Shown here one piece after another: positions 29,129 to 37,577 of a stretch of DNA of 64,000 nucleotides. The translations under genes and the position numbers were made by a program. Source of the DNA: a virus. The stretch spans positions 503-64,502 of IMG/VR virus record IMGVR_UViG_3300002461_000841; one strand, written 5' to 3'. The notes under the pieces are model-generated. The model worked only from the letters and a program-made list of their open reading frames with translations. It had not been told where the DNA came from and searched no databases. Each line of letters begins with the position of its first letter. The stretch's first letter is position 1.

Positions 29129-29707
29129 ATGGCTCAGCTCCGCGGTTCCGTCAACCTGCTCGGTCTCAACGCCTACGGGCAGAACCCGGGCATGAACCCG
29201 ATCTTCGGCACGCTCATCGGCGGCGGCACTGCGGCTGTCACGACGATCGCGCTCCGCCACACCGGCACCACGAACAACCCCGAGTTGTTCGGGCTCCTCG
29301 GCGGCCTCGCGGCGTCCGGCCTCATGTTCTCGATGAAGTCGACGCGCCACGCGGCGCTCGGCTCGGCGGTTGGCGCGTTCTTCGCGGCCGGCGTGGCCTG
29401 GCTCGAGAAGACCCTCTTCGGCGCGCAGACCGTTGCCGTGCCGGGCGTCGGTATCCCGACGATTCGCGGTCTCGGCATCCCCGCCGCGCGGCAGCTCAAC
29501 GGCGTCGGGATCCCGAACATCTCGAACGTGAGCTCGCCCGTGGGCGTTGCCGGCAACCAGCTCGCGCAGCCGGGGCACTCCTCGCCGCCCGTGAGCCTAC
29601 TCGGCACGCAGTCGCCGCAGGCGGCGCAGCTCCGCGGCATGGGCGGCCCGACGACGCACGGCCTCTCGGCGGCGTACGGCGCGACGCTCATGGGCATGGG
29701 CCGCTAA
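29129..29707 (+). CDS. Gly-rich multi-pass membrane protein
   Basis: AAGGAAGG SD; three hydrophobic segments. Confidence 0.65.
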   Translation: MAQLRGSVNLLGLNAYGQNPGMNPIFGTLIGGGTAAVTTIALRHTGTTNNPELFGLLGGLAASGLMFSMKSTRHAALGSAVGAFFAAGVAWLEKTLFGAQTVAVPGVGIPTIRGLGIPAARQLNGVGIPNISNVSSPVGVAGNQLAQPGHSSPPVSLLGTQSPQAAQLRGMGGPTTHGLSAAYGATLMGMGR

Positions 29708-29741
29708 CGCGACCCTGATCGAATCGCACTAGTTGTCTCTT

Positions 29742-29850
29742 CACGAGCGCCTCGGCGCTCGTGGGCCGAGCACCGATGAGGGTGCCATCGCGCGGGCGTC
29801 GTAGCCCGCTCGGCCCGCTGTTGCCTTCGCGAAGGGGACGTCCCCTCCGC
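29742..29850 (+). promoter_or_regulatory. Structured intergenic leader of the putative capsid gene
   Basis: Hairpin 29742-29763, three-way junction 29763-29816, hairpin 29829-29850. Confidence 0.45.
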
Positions 29851-29888
29851 GCGGGCGCGAACCTGTAATTTTTCAAGGAGAAGAAGAC

Positions 29889-30596
29889 ATGGCCGGCACT
29901 GTTGGTGTTGCTCCCGGAACCACGACCATCCAGATGGCGGATGGCAAGACCATCTCGATCGAGGACTGGATCGACGACAAGCTGTACTCGACGGTGCAGC
30001 TCGTGAATGCGCAGAGCTCGCCCGTCGAGGCGTTCATCGCTGGCCGCAGCCAGCCGATCTCGGGCGGCACGCGCGCGTCCACCCAGGTCGACACGAACGT
30101 TCCGCGCTCGGGCGACTCGGGTCTCATGCAGTCGTGGGAGATGTACATCTACTCCCTCTGCGTGTCCCCGGTCCGCGTGATGCGTCCGCCCACCGGCGCC
30201 GCGAACCCGACCCTGGCCGATGGCTCGGGCGCGCTCTCGAACGTCCCGACGCTGCAAACGCTGCTCTCGGTCGATCGCGTCACGTACCTCAAGTTCCGCT
30301 ACAACGAGAAGGACTACTCGTACGGCGTGATGTCCGACTACCCGGCGGGCAAGGGGTACTCGGTGTTCTCGACCAACGCGATCTTCGAGAACGCGAACAA
30401 CGGCGTCCCGTCGCCGCGCGACCGGCAGGCGCTCGTGCTGCCCATCTGGCTCCGCGAGAACCTCGCGTACAAGATGAGCTTCGCGCCCGAGGCGCCCCTG
30501 GTGATCAACCAGGCGGCGTCGGATGGCCAGACGGCACTGACCTTCATGGACGTGAAGACGTCCGCGTACGGTCTGATCCGCCGCAACGTGACCTAG
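29889..30596 (+). CDS. Putative major capsid protein, single jelly-roll-like
   Basis: Beta-rich alternation (LYSTVQL, WEMYIYSLCV, YLKFRY, LPIWL, VKTSAYG); strong AAGGAG SD; own terminator; no HK97 signature. Fold not verified. Confidence 0.55.
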   Translation: MAGTVGVAPGTTTIQMADGKTISIEDWIDDKLYSTVQLVNAQSSPVEAFIAGRSQPISGGTRASTQVDTNVPRSGDSGLMQSWEMYIYSLCVSPVRVMRPPTGAANPTLADGSGALSNVPTLQTLLSVDRVTYLKFRYNEKDYSYGVMSDYPAGKGYSVFSTNAIFENANNGVPSPRDRQALVLPIWLRENLAYKMSFAPEAPLVINQAASDGQTALTFMDVKTSAYGLIRRNVT

Positions 30597-30622
30597 TCGG
30601 TCACGGGCGAATCGCTCGAGAC

Positions 30623-30659
30623 AACGGCTCCGGCTTCGGTCGGGGCCGTTTCCCGTTTC
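30623..30659 (+). terminator. Intrinsic terminator after the putative MCP
   Basis: AACGGCTCCGGC-TTCG-GTCGGGGCCGTT stem then T-containing tract. Confidence 0.7.
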
Positions 30660-30663
30660 GGGC

Positions 30664-30846
30664 TCAGAACGGCAGCCTCGGATTAGCCTGGCGCCTGCGT
30701 GCCTCGGCCCACGCCTCGCGCTCCGTCGGGTAGGTCCAGATGCAGTGCAGATCGCCCTTGCTGTTCCTGAAGCACAGCGACCAACCAGCGGCTGAGAACT
30801 GACACACCACGTAGTGCTTGCGGATACCTCTGGGGCGCTTGCTCAC
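30664..30846 (-). CDS. Small hypothetical protein
   Basis: Operon spacing with upstream minus-strand genes. Confidence 0.5.
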   Translation of the reverse strand: MSKRPRGIRKHYVVCQFSAAGWSLCFRNSKGDLHCIWTYPTEREAWAEARRRQANPRLPF

Positions 30847-30849
30847 GTC

Positions 30850-31110
30850 TCAACCCTCGCCGGTCTCGTCGACGATGAGGTGCTCGCGCACACGCGTGTG
30901 GTAGTCCGGATCGATACGACTCTGCATGGTGGATTGCAAGGCGTCGAGCACGCCAGTAACGACGACATGGGCGCCGCCGAATGCCGCCTGCTTGCGCGTG
31001 TACATCTCGCTGGTGGCGACGGTCTCGCCGTTGGCGGCGACGATCGTGAACCAGTATTGAGCCGGGTCGATCATGCGGTCCAAGGCCTGCTTGTGGATCT
31101 TGATCTTCAT
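30850..31110 (-). CDS. YegP/DUF1508-like protein
   Basis: YWFTIVAANGETVATSEMYTRKQAA; AGGAG SD. Confidence 0.7.
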   Translation of the reverse strand: MKIKIHKQALDRMIDPAQYWFTIVAANGETVATSEMYTRKQAAFGGAHVVVTGVLDALQSTMQSRIDPDYHTRVREHLIVDETGEG

Positions 31111-31388
31111 GCTTCTCCTGTTTCGTCGACTAGGATCATCTGCCGGAGCTTCACCGTCATCACGCCGCTCGTGGCGCCCGCGAGGGCGGTCACGATGGTG
31201 CGCGTGGTCGGCGAAGCACCGTCCGTCAGGCGGACGAGATGCCCGAACAGGCCCTTGAGCAGGCCGTCGATCTCGCTGAGGGCGGTGAACTTGTTCGGGT
31301 ACGAGCTGCTCACGGCGACCGGGTTGCCGTGATTCTCGAGCGTGAACGCGTAGGCGCCGTGGCCGCGCTTCTGTAGCCGGATCTGCAC
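31107..31388 (-). CDS. Divergent YegP/DUF1508-like paralog
   Basis: YAFTLENHGNPVAVSSSYPNKFTA; shares VDETGE ending. Confidence 0.5.
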   Translation of the reverse strand: MQIRLQKRGHGAYAFTLENHGNPVAVSSSYPNKFTALSEIDGLLKGLFGHLVRLTDGASPTTRTIVTALAGATSGVMTVKLRQMILVDETGEA

Positions 31389-31760
31389 TTAGTTCACGTC
31401 CTCGGCGCCACCAAGCGCGTGCACGATGGTGCGGCCCCAGAACGCAATGCCGACGACGTGGGGCACTTCGTGGTGCGGGATGCCGATGGTGCGGGCGATG
31501 AAGCCCACCACGGTCGTCCATTCCTCGACCTCGCGCTTGCCGTTCACGGTCTCGCGCAGTGACTGGCGATCGACGAACATCTGGACCACGTCGTCGACCT
31601 TGAGCGGGGCGAGAAAGCTCGCGAGCTCCTTGTCGGCATCGGCGCGTTTGAACACCTCGGGCCAGGCCGAGGGCCCCTTCGAGATGTACGCCTTCGGGGT
31701 CACCTCCGGGCGAGTGAAGTGGAGGTCACGGGCGGGCTTCGGCAACGTACTGACAGCCAT
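31389..31760 (-). CDS. Hypothetical protein
   Basis: Abuts next gene; normal composition. Confidence 0.55.
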   Translation of the reverse strand: MAVSTLPKPARDLHFTRPEVTPKAYISKGPSAWPEVFKRADADKELASFLAPLKVDDVVQMFVDRQSLRETVNGKREVEEWTTVVGFIARTIGIPHHEVPHVVGIAFWGRTIVHALGGAEDVN

Positions 31761-31800
31761 TTGGACTTGGCTCCGGGGTATGGGTTAGGATGACGAGACC

Positions 31801-32340
31801 ATGAGCGATACCGAGTTTCCGATGAACGCGCCCGCAGGTACGGCCCCCGGCGGGAAGGGTCTGCCGATCCTCGGGCGCATCCCGTGGGCGATGTCCGGCG
31901 AGATGACCGTGACTTCCGCGATGCCTCCGACCCAGTTGCCGAGTGCGACCTTCGCGAACAACTTCTCCAAGACGTTCGAGATCCACGAGATCACGTTCGC
32001 GTGCGTCGGGCTCGACAACAACGGCGTCGCGTTGCCCCTCAAGACCCAGCCCAGCCAGTTCGCGCTGCAGAGCATGGTGCGCGTGTTCTTCCAGGACTTG
32101 CTGTTCACGCAGCCGCTCACCAAGGTGGCGACGAAGATCGCCACGCTGACCGAGGGTGACGCTACCAATCGGTGGCGCTGGAAGGCGCCGTACAACCTGC
32201 GCAACCAGGGCAACATCGTCGCCACGCTCGAAGGCCTCACGTTTCCGAGCGGCGAGAGCGTCGATCTGATCAGCATTGCCGTTGTGATCACGTTCAAGGG
32301 CTACTTGCTCGTGCAGGGTACGGGCGACTTCACGCCGTAA
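31801..32340 (+). CDS. Putative second/minor capsid protein, jelly-roll-like
   Basis: Beta-rich (FEIHEITF, VRVFFQD, WKAPYNL, VVITFKGY); TAGGAT 9 nt before ATG. Confidence 0.45.
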   Translation: MSDTEFPMNAPAGTAPGGKGLPILGRIPWAMSGEMTVTSAMPPTQLPSATFANNFSKTFEIHEITFACVGLDNNGVALPLKTQPSQFALQSMVRVFFQDLLFTQPLTKVATKIATLTEGDATNRWRWKAPYNLRNQGNIVATLEGLTFPSGESVDLISIAVVITFKGYLLVQGTGDFTP

Positions 32341-32382
32341 GGGCATCGGAGCCACCTACTCTAGCGCGAGGGGCTGACACTC

Positions 32383-32736
32383 ATGGCCGCAGAATCTTCG
32401 TTCATCACGCTCACGCTCCCCGAGGTCGACTCGGGCATGGGTGACGGCAAGGTTGTCGTGATCGCGCAGGCTCCCGCGGATCGTTGGATCCGCGTCCAGG
32501 CTCGCAACATCTCGTTCGGCGCAGGTTGCCGCATCTCGGACAGCGAGAGCGCGCTCGCACTCTTCCCCAACGACTCGAACACCTACTTTTTGCCGGCGGG
32601 GGCCTGTGACGTCTTCGTGCTCTGCCCCGGTCAGCGGCTGTTTGCCTCGAGCGCCAGCGAGACCGCCAAGCTCTGTTTGGCCATCTCCTGGGCGCTTCCC
32701 TCCGACGTCTCCCCGGCGAGGCTGCTCAGCCTGTAG
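32383..32736 (+). CDS. Small beta-rich putative virion protein
   Basis: WIRVQARN...FLPAG..DVFVLCPGQRLFA. Confidence 0.5.
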   Translation: MAAESSFITLTLPEVDSGMGDGKVVVIAQAPADRWIRVQARNISFGAGCRISDSESALALFPNDSNTYFLPAGACDVFVLCPGQRLFASSASETAKLCLAISWALPSDVSPARLLSL

Positions 32737-32748
32737 TACAGTCGGCTG

Positions 32749-33642
32749 ATGGCGGATCAGGCCACTCGGCTCAAGACCATCGCAGACAACCTCGAACAGA
32801 GCTACCAGTCGTTGCGCCTCGCCGGCGCGAACATCGCGGGGCTCTTGCAAGTCGGCAAGGCGACCTGCGAAGAGGTGCGGGCCTACAACATGTGGGCGAC
32901 CGCCATCTACAACACGCAGAAGGGCATGCTGCTCACGCTGCGTCAGCACGGCGAGACCGGCGTGCCTGCCGCGCCTCCGACACCGTTGTTCTTCACGTGG
33001 AAGGGCTCGGGCGGAACCAACATCGACTGCAACACGGCGACCAAGACGTTGCAGGGTGCGATGAAGGCCGCCCTCCGGGGCGCGAGCTCGGCGAGCTTCC
33101 TCTCCACCAACGAGATCAGCATTCAGACCGACGATCAGCACGCGCTCGCCCCCGAGAACAGCCCATCGTTCGCGACGCTCGCAGCGCTCGTGCAGTCGCG
33201 CGAGATGGCCAAGCAGGCGGGCCTGGGCGCAGTCGGCGTCATCATCGCCATCGCCGGCATCGCCATCGCGATCTCTGTCGCGATCGCCGCCATCATGAAG
33301 TACCTCGAAGTCTCCGAGGTTGCTGAGAGCAACACCGAGCAGGTGCGCGAGCAGTCGAAGGCCTTTGCGGTCTACACGGCCGCGCGGCTCGACTGCTTTC
33401 GGAGCTGCCTCGGCGAGGGCAAGACCTCGGAGCAGTGCGCGCCGGTCTGCGATCGCCTCGTCGACAAGCCGAGCTTCTTCGCGCCGGGGTCCGGCGGTAA
33501 GTGGGGCGCGCTGCAATGGATCGGCTTCACCGTCGTCGCTGGTGTCGGCACCGTCGCTGCCCTGAAGCTCTACCAGCGCCACAAGGAAGGTCGGCCGCTC
33601 CTCGAGCTGCCCGACCCGCCCGACTACGCTGAAGCCCCGTAG
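32749..33642 (+). CDS. Two-TM membrane protein with Cys-rich loop
   Basis: TM1 VGVIIAIAGIAIAISVAIAAI; CFRSC...CAPVC; TM2 WIGFTVVAGVGTVAAL. Confidence 0.7.
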   Translation: MADQATRLKTIADNLEQSYQSLRLAGANIAGLLQVGKATCEEVRAYNMWATAIYNTQKGMLLTLRQHGETGVPAAPPTPLFFTWKGSGGTNIDCNTATKTLQGAMKAALRGASSASFLSTNEISIQTDDQHALAPENSPSFATLAALVQSREMAKQAGLGAVGVIIAIAGIAIAISVAIAAIMKYLEVSEVAESNTEQVREQSKAFAVYTAARLDCFRSCLGEGKTSEQCAPVCDRLVDKPSFFAPGSGGKWGALQWIGFTVVAGVGTVAALKLYQRHKEGRPLLELPDPPDYAEAP

Positions 33643-33664
33643 GCGGATCTGGTAGGCTCGGGGG

Positions 33665-33997
33665 ATGCGCATTGACGATCTCACCCGAATGGGCGCCACA
33701 ATTGGCCATGTTGCCCCGGTCACACACGGCCCTGACGTGCTCAACCACAACGGCCCGATCGTGTTCACGTTCGAGGGCCCGAAGGCCAACATGCCCTTCG
33801 ATCTGCCGCCGCGGCTGCACGCCGACAACTTCACCGCCGTGTTGGGTGAACGCGCCGCGCCAAAGCCTGGCCGTGTAGTGCGTGGGGTTCGCGCCATGTT
33901 CCGTGCGGCGCACACCATCCTCGACGCGATCGAAGATGCGATCGAGCTCGCGATCGCCTCACAGACCCCATCGGATCCTGGCAGCCCCACGCAGTAA
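33665..33997 (+). CDS. Hypothetical protein
   Basis: TGgTAGGCT 6 nt before ATG. Confidence 0.5.
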   Translation: MRIDDLTRMGATIGHVAPVTHGPDVLNHNGPIVFTFEGPKANMPFDLPPRLHADNFTAVLGERAAPKPGRVVRGVRAMFRAAHTILDAIEDAIELAIASQTPSDPGSPTQ

Positions 33998-34006
33998 GCT
34001 TCGGGC

Positions 34007-34372
34007 ATGAGCAGCGGCAACGATCTCGTTCACGTCAAGGCGATGATCATCGTGTTCGCGATGAAGGATTGCCCCCATTGCGAGGAGTACAAGCCGCTCC
34101 TTGAGCGCGAGCTCAAGCGCTTCCAGGCTGCCGGGTTCCCGTTCGACATCTACGACGGGAAGATGGTGCCGCCGGGGCGCATCCCGGTGCTGTTCCTCGA
34201 CGCGACGACGCCGGATCCGACCATCCAGAAGCTCATGGACGACTATGGCGTCGAGGGGGTGCCGGTGACGCTCCTGCTCACGCGGAGCGCGAGGCCGTGG
34301 AAGCACGAGGGCCCCCTGCCTCCCGATCAAATCTACGAGTTGCTGCATTCTGCAGCGCTAGCGAATCGCTGA
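34007..34372 (+). CDS. Thioredoxin-fold oxidoreductase
   Basis: DCPHC active site; YGVEGVP cis-Pro loop. Confidence 0.8.
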   Translation: MSSGNDLVHVKAMIIVFAMKDCPHCEEYKPLLERELKRFQAAGFPFDIYDGKMVPPGRIPVLFLDATTPDPTIQKLMDDYGVEGVPVTLLLTRSARPWKHEGPLPPDQIYELLHSAALANR

Positions 34373-34447
34373 TGCGTTATGCAGCACGCAGCCTGAGGGG
34401 CATTTCCGATCTGGGTGCATCCGCTGATAAGATCGGTGGAAGTAGTC

Positions 34448-34948
34448 ATGCAGCCCACGTCGATGCCCCTTTCATCCGTCCCGGCCGTGCCCGATCAGTG
34501 GGCGCAGTTCGGCATCGTCGGCATCGTCGCCTTTCTGTTCTTGGTGGCGGTCGTCTACTTGTTCCTGCGCTCTGACAAGCGCGAGGCGAATCACCTCGTC
34601 GAGCGGCTCAAGGTGGAGTCCGCGCGCAGCGATCAGGAGGAGAAGTTCGCCGTCGAGCGCGAGGGTTGGAAAACCGAGCGGGCGCTCATCGTTGCCGACT
34701 TCGAGCGCAAGCTCCGGGAAGCCGTTGAAAAGCAGTCCATCGACCTCCGTAGCGAACGCGAATCACACGCGCAGATGTTGCGCACCGAGCGCGAAGCCAA
34801 TCGGCAGCACGAGGATCTCGTGCGCAAGGAGTTCACCGAGCTCATGGATCGTGTCAGCTCCCAGCAGTCGGAGTCGGCGGACAAACTCCGTGACCTTCTC
34901 AGCCGGTTCTATGACCGTTTCATCTCACCCGGATCGCGCGGCGGGTAG
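34448..34948 (+). CDS. TM plus coiled-coil protein (holin/lysis-associated type)
   Basis: FGIVGIVAFLFLVAVVYLFL then E/R heptads. Confidence 0.55.
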   Translation: MQPTSMPLSSVPAVPDQWAQFGIVGIVAFLFLVAVVYLFLRSDKREANHLVERLKVESARSDQEEKFAVEREGWKTERALIVADFERKLREAVEKQSIDLRSERESHAQMLRTEREANRQHEDLVRKEFTELMDRVSSQQSESADKLRDLLSRFYDRFISPGSRGG

Positions 34949-35058
34949 GCGCGAGGCGTGCAAGCGCCTCACACGGAACAGCCCCATCAAGGCATGACGC
35001 GTAGATCTCACCCCGGCGGGGTGATAGCGTCGATGGGGTAACTTCACGGAAGGCCCAA

Positions 35059-35316
35059 ATGTCGCATCGTCCCCCTGCCGCTCGCCCATCTCGCCCTCGA
35101 GCTGATGGCTCCATCGGAGTCCTTCCCGTAGCACGTAAGCACGCAGAGCGCGCGATCGACGCGAACAAGCGCGTGTGCAGCGCCGCCGACCGCTTGCTCG
35201 AGGAGCTCGACGAGGTCACCGCGCCGCACGGCATTCCGGTGACGGGCCTCTCCGACGAGGACTCGCTCGTCATCGCGATCGCTGACGTCCGCGCTGCCGG
35301 CGCCGCGCGCAGCTAG
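35059..35316 (+). CDS. Hypothetical protein
   Basis: Plausible ORF in + strand run. Confidence 0.5.
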   Translation: MSHRPPAARPSRPRADGSIGVLPVARKHAERAIDANKRVCSAADRLLEELDEVTAPHGIPVTGLSDEDSLVIAIADVRAAGAARS

Positions 35317-35339
35317 CTGACAGCCCCACGCGCTAGGGT
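35317..35339 (+). promoter_or_regulatory. TGWCA-box promoter
   Basis: CTGACA-GCCCCACGCGC-TAGGGT. Confidence 0.65.
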
Positions 35340-35345
35340 CGGCGT

Positions 35346-35645
35346 ATGAAGCTCGAAGAGCTGCTCCAGTGCGCGCGCAACCTCAAGCCCTCAATTGTCG
35401 GGTGGCCCCAAGGGCACCCGCGTCTCCCCGACGCGGATCTCGTCAACGTGACCCTGCTCGTTGATAGGTTGATTCAGCTCTCCGGCGTCAGCTTCCCATG
35501 TGGCTTCCCCGAGCCCACGCTCGCTAAGGACGAGGCCGGCAACGGTGTCGTCATGTACGACGGGCATGGCTACACGCCCGACGAGGCGCGCGGCATCGCC
35601 ATCGCGATGCTCTACAAGGCCGACGAAGCCGAGGCCGTGTCGTGA
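35346..35645 (+). CDS. Hypothetical protein
   Basis: CTGACA-11-TAGGGT, ATG 6 nt later. Confidence 0.6.
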   Translation: MKLEELLQCARNLKPSIVGWPQGHPRLPDADLVNVTLLVDRLIQLSGVSFPCGFPEPTLAKDEAGNGVVMYDGHGYTPDEARGIAIAMLYKADEAEAVS

Positions 35646-36073
35646 AGCTCCCACCGAGCCTGCAGGCCGTGTTGCGGGAGCTCAAGGGCCGCCCGGCAAC
35701 GGCCATGGAGATCATCACCGTACTGCACCCGGATGGGCCCGTCCTTGGGGTGTTCGATCAGCTAATGGCACGCGGGTTCATCACGGGGGATGTTGGCGCC
35801 ATCGGCGGCTGGAACCCGCACATGACCGTGTTCGAGATCACCGGCCTTGGCGAGCAGGCGCTCGCGATGCACGACGGCGCACAGCGGGGCCAGGCCATGC
35901 TCGATCGGTTCGATCTCGTCGTCGCCAAGGCACGCGAGGAGTACCGCGCGTTTCTTGAGGCGGGGCACATCCCGACAGACATCGAGGTCGGCGTGGTCTC
36001 CTCGTCGCACGTGTTGAAGGTTTGGCTTCGCGCGCCATTCTGGGAGCCCGCGCATGCGTTGGTGCTGCGATGA
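35642..36073 (+). CDS. Hypothetical protein, winged-helix-like N-half
   Basis: LMARGFIT...FEITGLG; GTGA overlap. Confidence 0.5.
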   Translation: MKLPPSLQAVLRELKGRPATAMEIITVLHPDGPVLGVFDQLMARGFITGDVGAIGGWNPHMTVFEITGLGEQALAMHDGAQRGQAMLDRFDLVVAKAREEYRAFLEAGHIPTDIEVGVVSSSHVLKVWLRAPFWEPAHALVLR

Positions 36074-36153
36074 AAAGTTCGAGACCCGCCAAGCCGTGAG
36101 GCCTGACGGGTCCGTTACTGTTTCCACACGTGGTGGATCAGCTACGCGCTAGC

Positions 36154-36417
36154 TTAGCGCAGGCGCGCGGGCGAGAGCTCGGTGAACTGCGTCGAGACGC
36201 AGTTGCGGAACTTCGAGCCCTTGAGGTTCTTGCGCGAGCACGAGCGCGAAGCCGCCGCGAGCGTCTTCTTGAACGGGTTCAGGTGCCCGGTCTTGGGCTT
36301 CGGACGCGGGCCGCACGCTGGTCCGCTCTTGCCGGCGAACTCGATCGTCTTGCCGCGCTTCGTCTTGAACTTGATGGTGGTCCGCTTGCAGCCGGACTTG
36401 GGCTTCTGCTTGGCCAT
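36154..36417 (-). CDS. Highly basic Cys-containing protein (possible DNA-condensing core protein)
   Basis: Very K/R-rich, 4 Cys; AAGGAG SD. Confidence 0.55.
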   Translation of the reverse strand: MAKQKPKSGCKRTTIKFKTKRGKTIEFAGKSGPACGPRPKPKTGHLNPFKKTLAAASRSCSRKNLKGSKFRNCVSTQFTELSPARLR

Positions 36418-36598
36418 GATCCTGTAGCTCCTTCTAGCGCCGGACGTTACGAACCTGCGTCGCCGGGCGCGGAGCGGGACGCGGGCCAGTAGGAGCCACC
36501 GGCCGCACGGGGCGCGTGCAGCACGAAGGCGTGCTCGGGGGCTTACCCTGACTCATGGGCCCAGCATATCACGCCTACGTTGACGTAGGCGCGGCGTG

Positions 36599-37531
36599 CT
36601 AGGGCCGTTCGGGTGACCAACGCGAGGCCACCCATGCGCCCACCACGGTTGCGAGGAGGCCGGCAGCGGCGAGCGTACCGCCGGCCCCAACAACGCTACC
36701 CGGCCCGACGATCGGCCGGCCACAGATCGGAAGGTCGCCCCATGACGGGCGGCCTTGCCCGAGCTGCTCGAGGGTGAGTTGCACTTGCCGCGCCCCGATC
36801 GGTGTCTTGTCCGTCTGCCCCTTGAGCGGCGCACGCGCGAAGATGCTCCACGGGTCGACGTTGGGGAGAGCCCCGACCCAGAACTCGCCCTCACGCGCGC
36901 GGTTGATCACGTGCGCGCGAACGCCGCTCGAGAGGATCGGACGCGTGCAGCTTCCGCAGCGCTTTCCGCTGCCACCAGTGTCCGGGTAATACTCGAGCCC
37001 GACCTGATCGACGGCGCCGCGCCCGAAGTTGGCGCTGGCCCCGGACAGCACGAACTTCGCGAGCATGACGGTGAGGGCAGTGGGGTCCCTCGACGTTGCC
37101 GCCCACCGACCATATGGGGCGCTGTCGACGCCGCTCGGGGGGTGGATCGGGCCGTAGAAGCCGCGGTTGGGATGCCCCGCCTTCTGGCGATAGAGCAGGA
37201 TGCCCGTGACGCCGGCGAGGCGCCACTGCCGCGAGCGGTTCACGGCGATCTCCCCAACGAGCACACGCTCCTCGACCGTGCCAGAGCCCTGCTCGCTTTG
37301 CATGTAACGCGCGAGCGTGTACTCGTCGAGTGTGAGCCCCGGCGGGACCTCGGCGAACGATGTCAGCTTCTCGGCGCACCGCGCGCGCATCGTCTCCGGC
37401 GCGCACGGGGCATTGCCCGTGCTCGAGTTGACGGGGCATCCCACTGACAACGGGATGTTGTACTCGGCGATGCCGCGAAACTTGTCGAACTTCTCGTGCC
37501 ACCACGGTAGGCAGTCGATGGGCGTCGTCAT
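36599..37531 (-). CDS. SleB/Hydrolase_2-like cell-wall hydrolase with C-terminal anchor
   Basis: LARYMQSEQG...VGEIAVNR pattern; C-terminal TM. Confidence 0.6.
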   Translation of the reverse strand: MTTPIDCLPWWHEKFDKFRGIAEYNIPLSVGCPVNSSTGNAPCAPETMRARCAEKLTSFAEVPPGLTLDEYTLARYMQSEQGSGTVEERVLVGEIAVNRSRQWRLAGVTGILLYRQKAGHPNRGFYGPIHPPSGVDSAPYGRWAATSRDPTALTVMLAKFVLSGASANFGRGAVDQVGLEYYPDTGGSGKRCGSCTRPILSSGVRAHVINRAREGEFWVGALPNVDPWSIFARAPLKGQTDKTPIGARQVQLTLEQLGQGRPSWGDLPICGRPIVGPGSVVGAGGTLAAAGLLATVVGAWVASRWSPERP

Positions 37532-37577
37532 GGGGTGGTTTCAGGATACCCCCGCCCCCGTGATAGGGTCTACTTCT

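Noticed and set aside
29770-29860. Hammerhead ribozyme (CCGATGAG resembles CUGAUGAG)
   Set aside because: No GAAA core after stem II and no matching stem layout on either strand
32356-34020. 554-aa minus-strand ORF and similar long ORFs (e.g. 48944..50617+, 44974..46725-, 15392..16576-)
   Set aside because: Antisense shadows of well-supported genes, expected in high-GC DNA; no motifs or start signals
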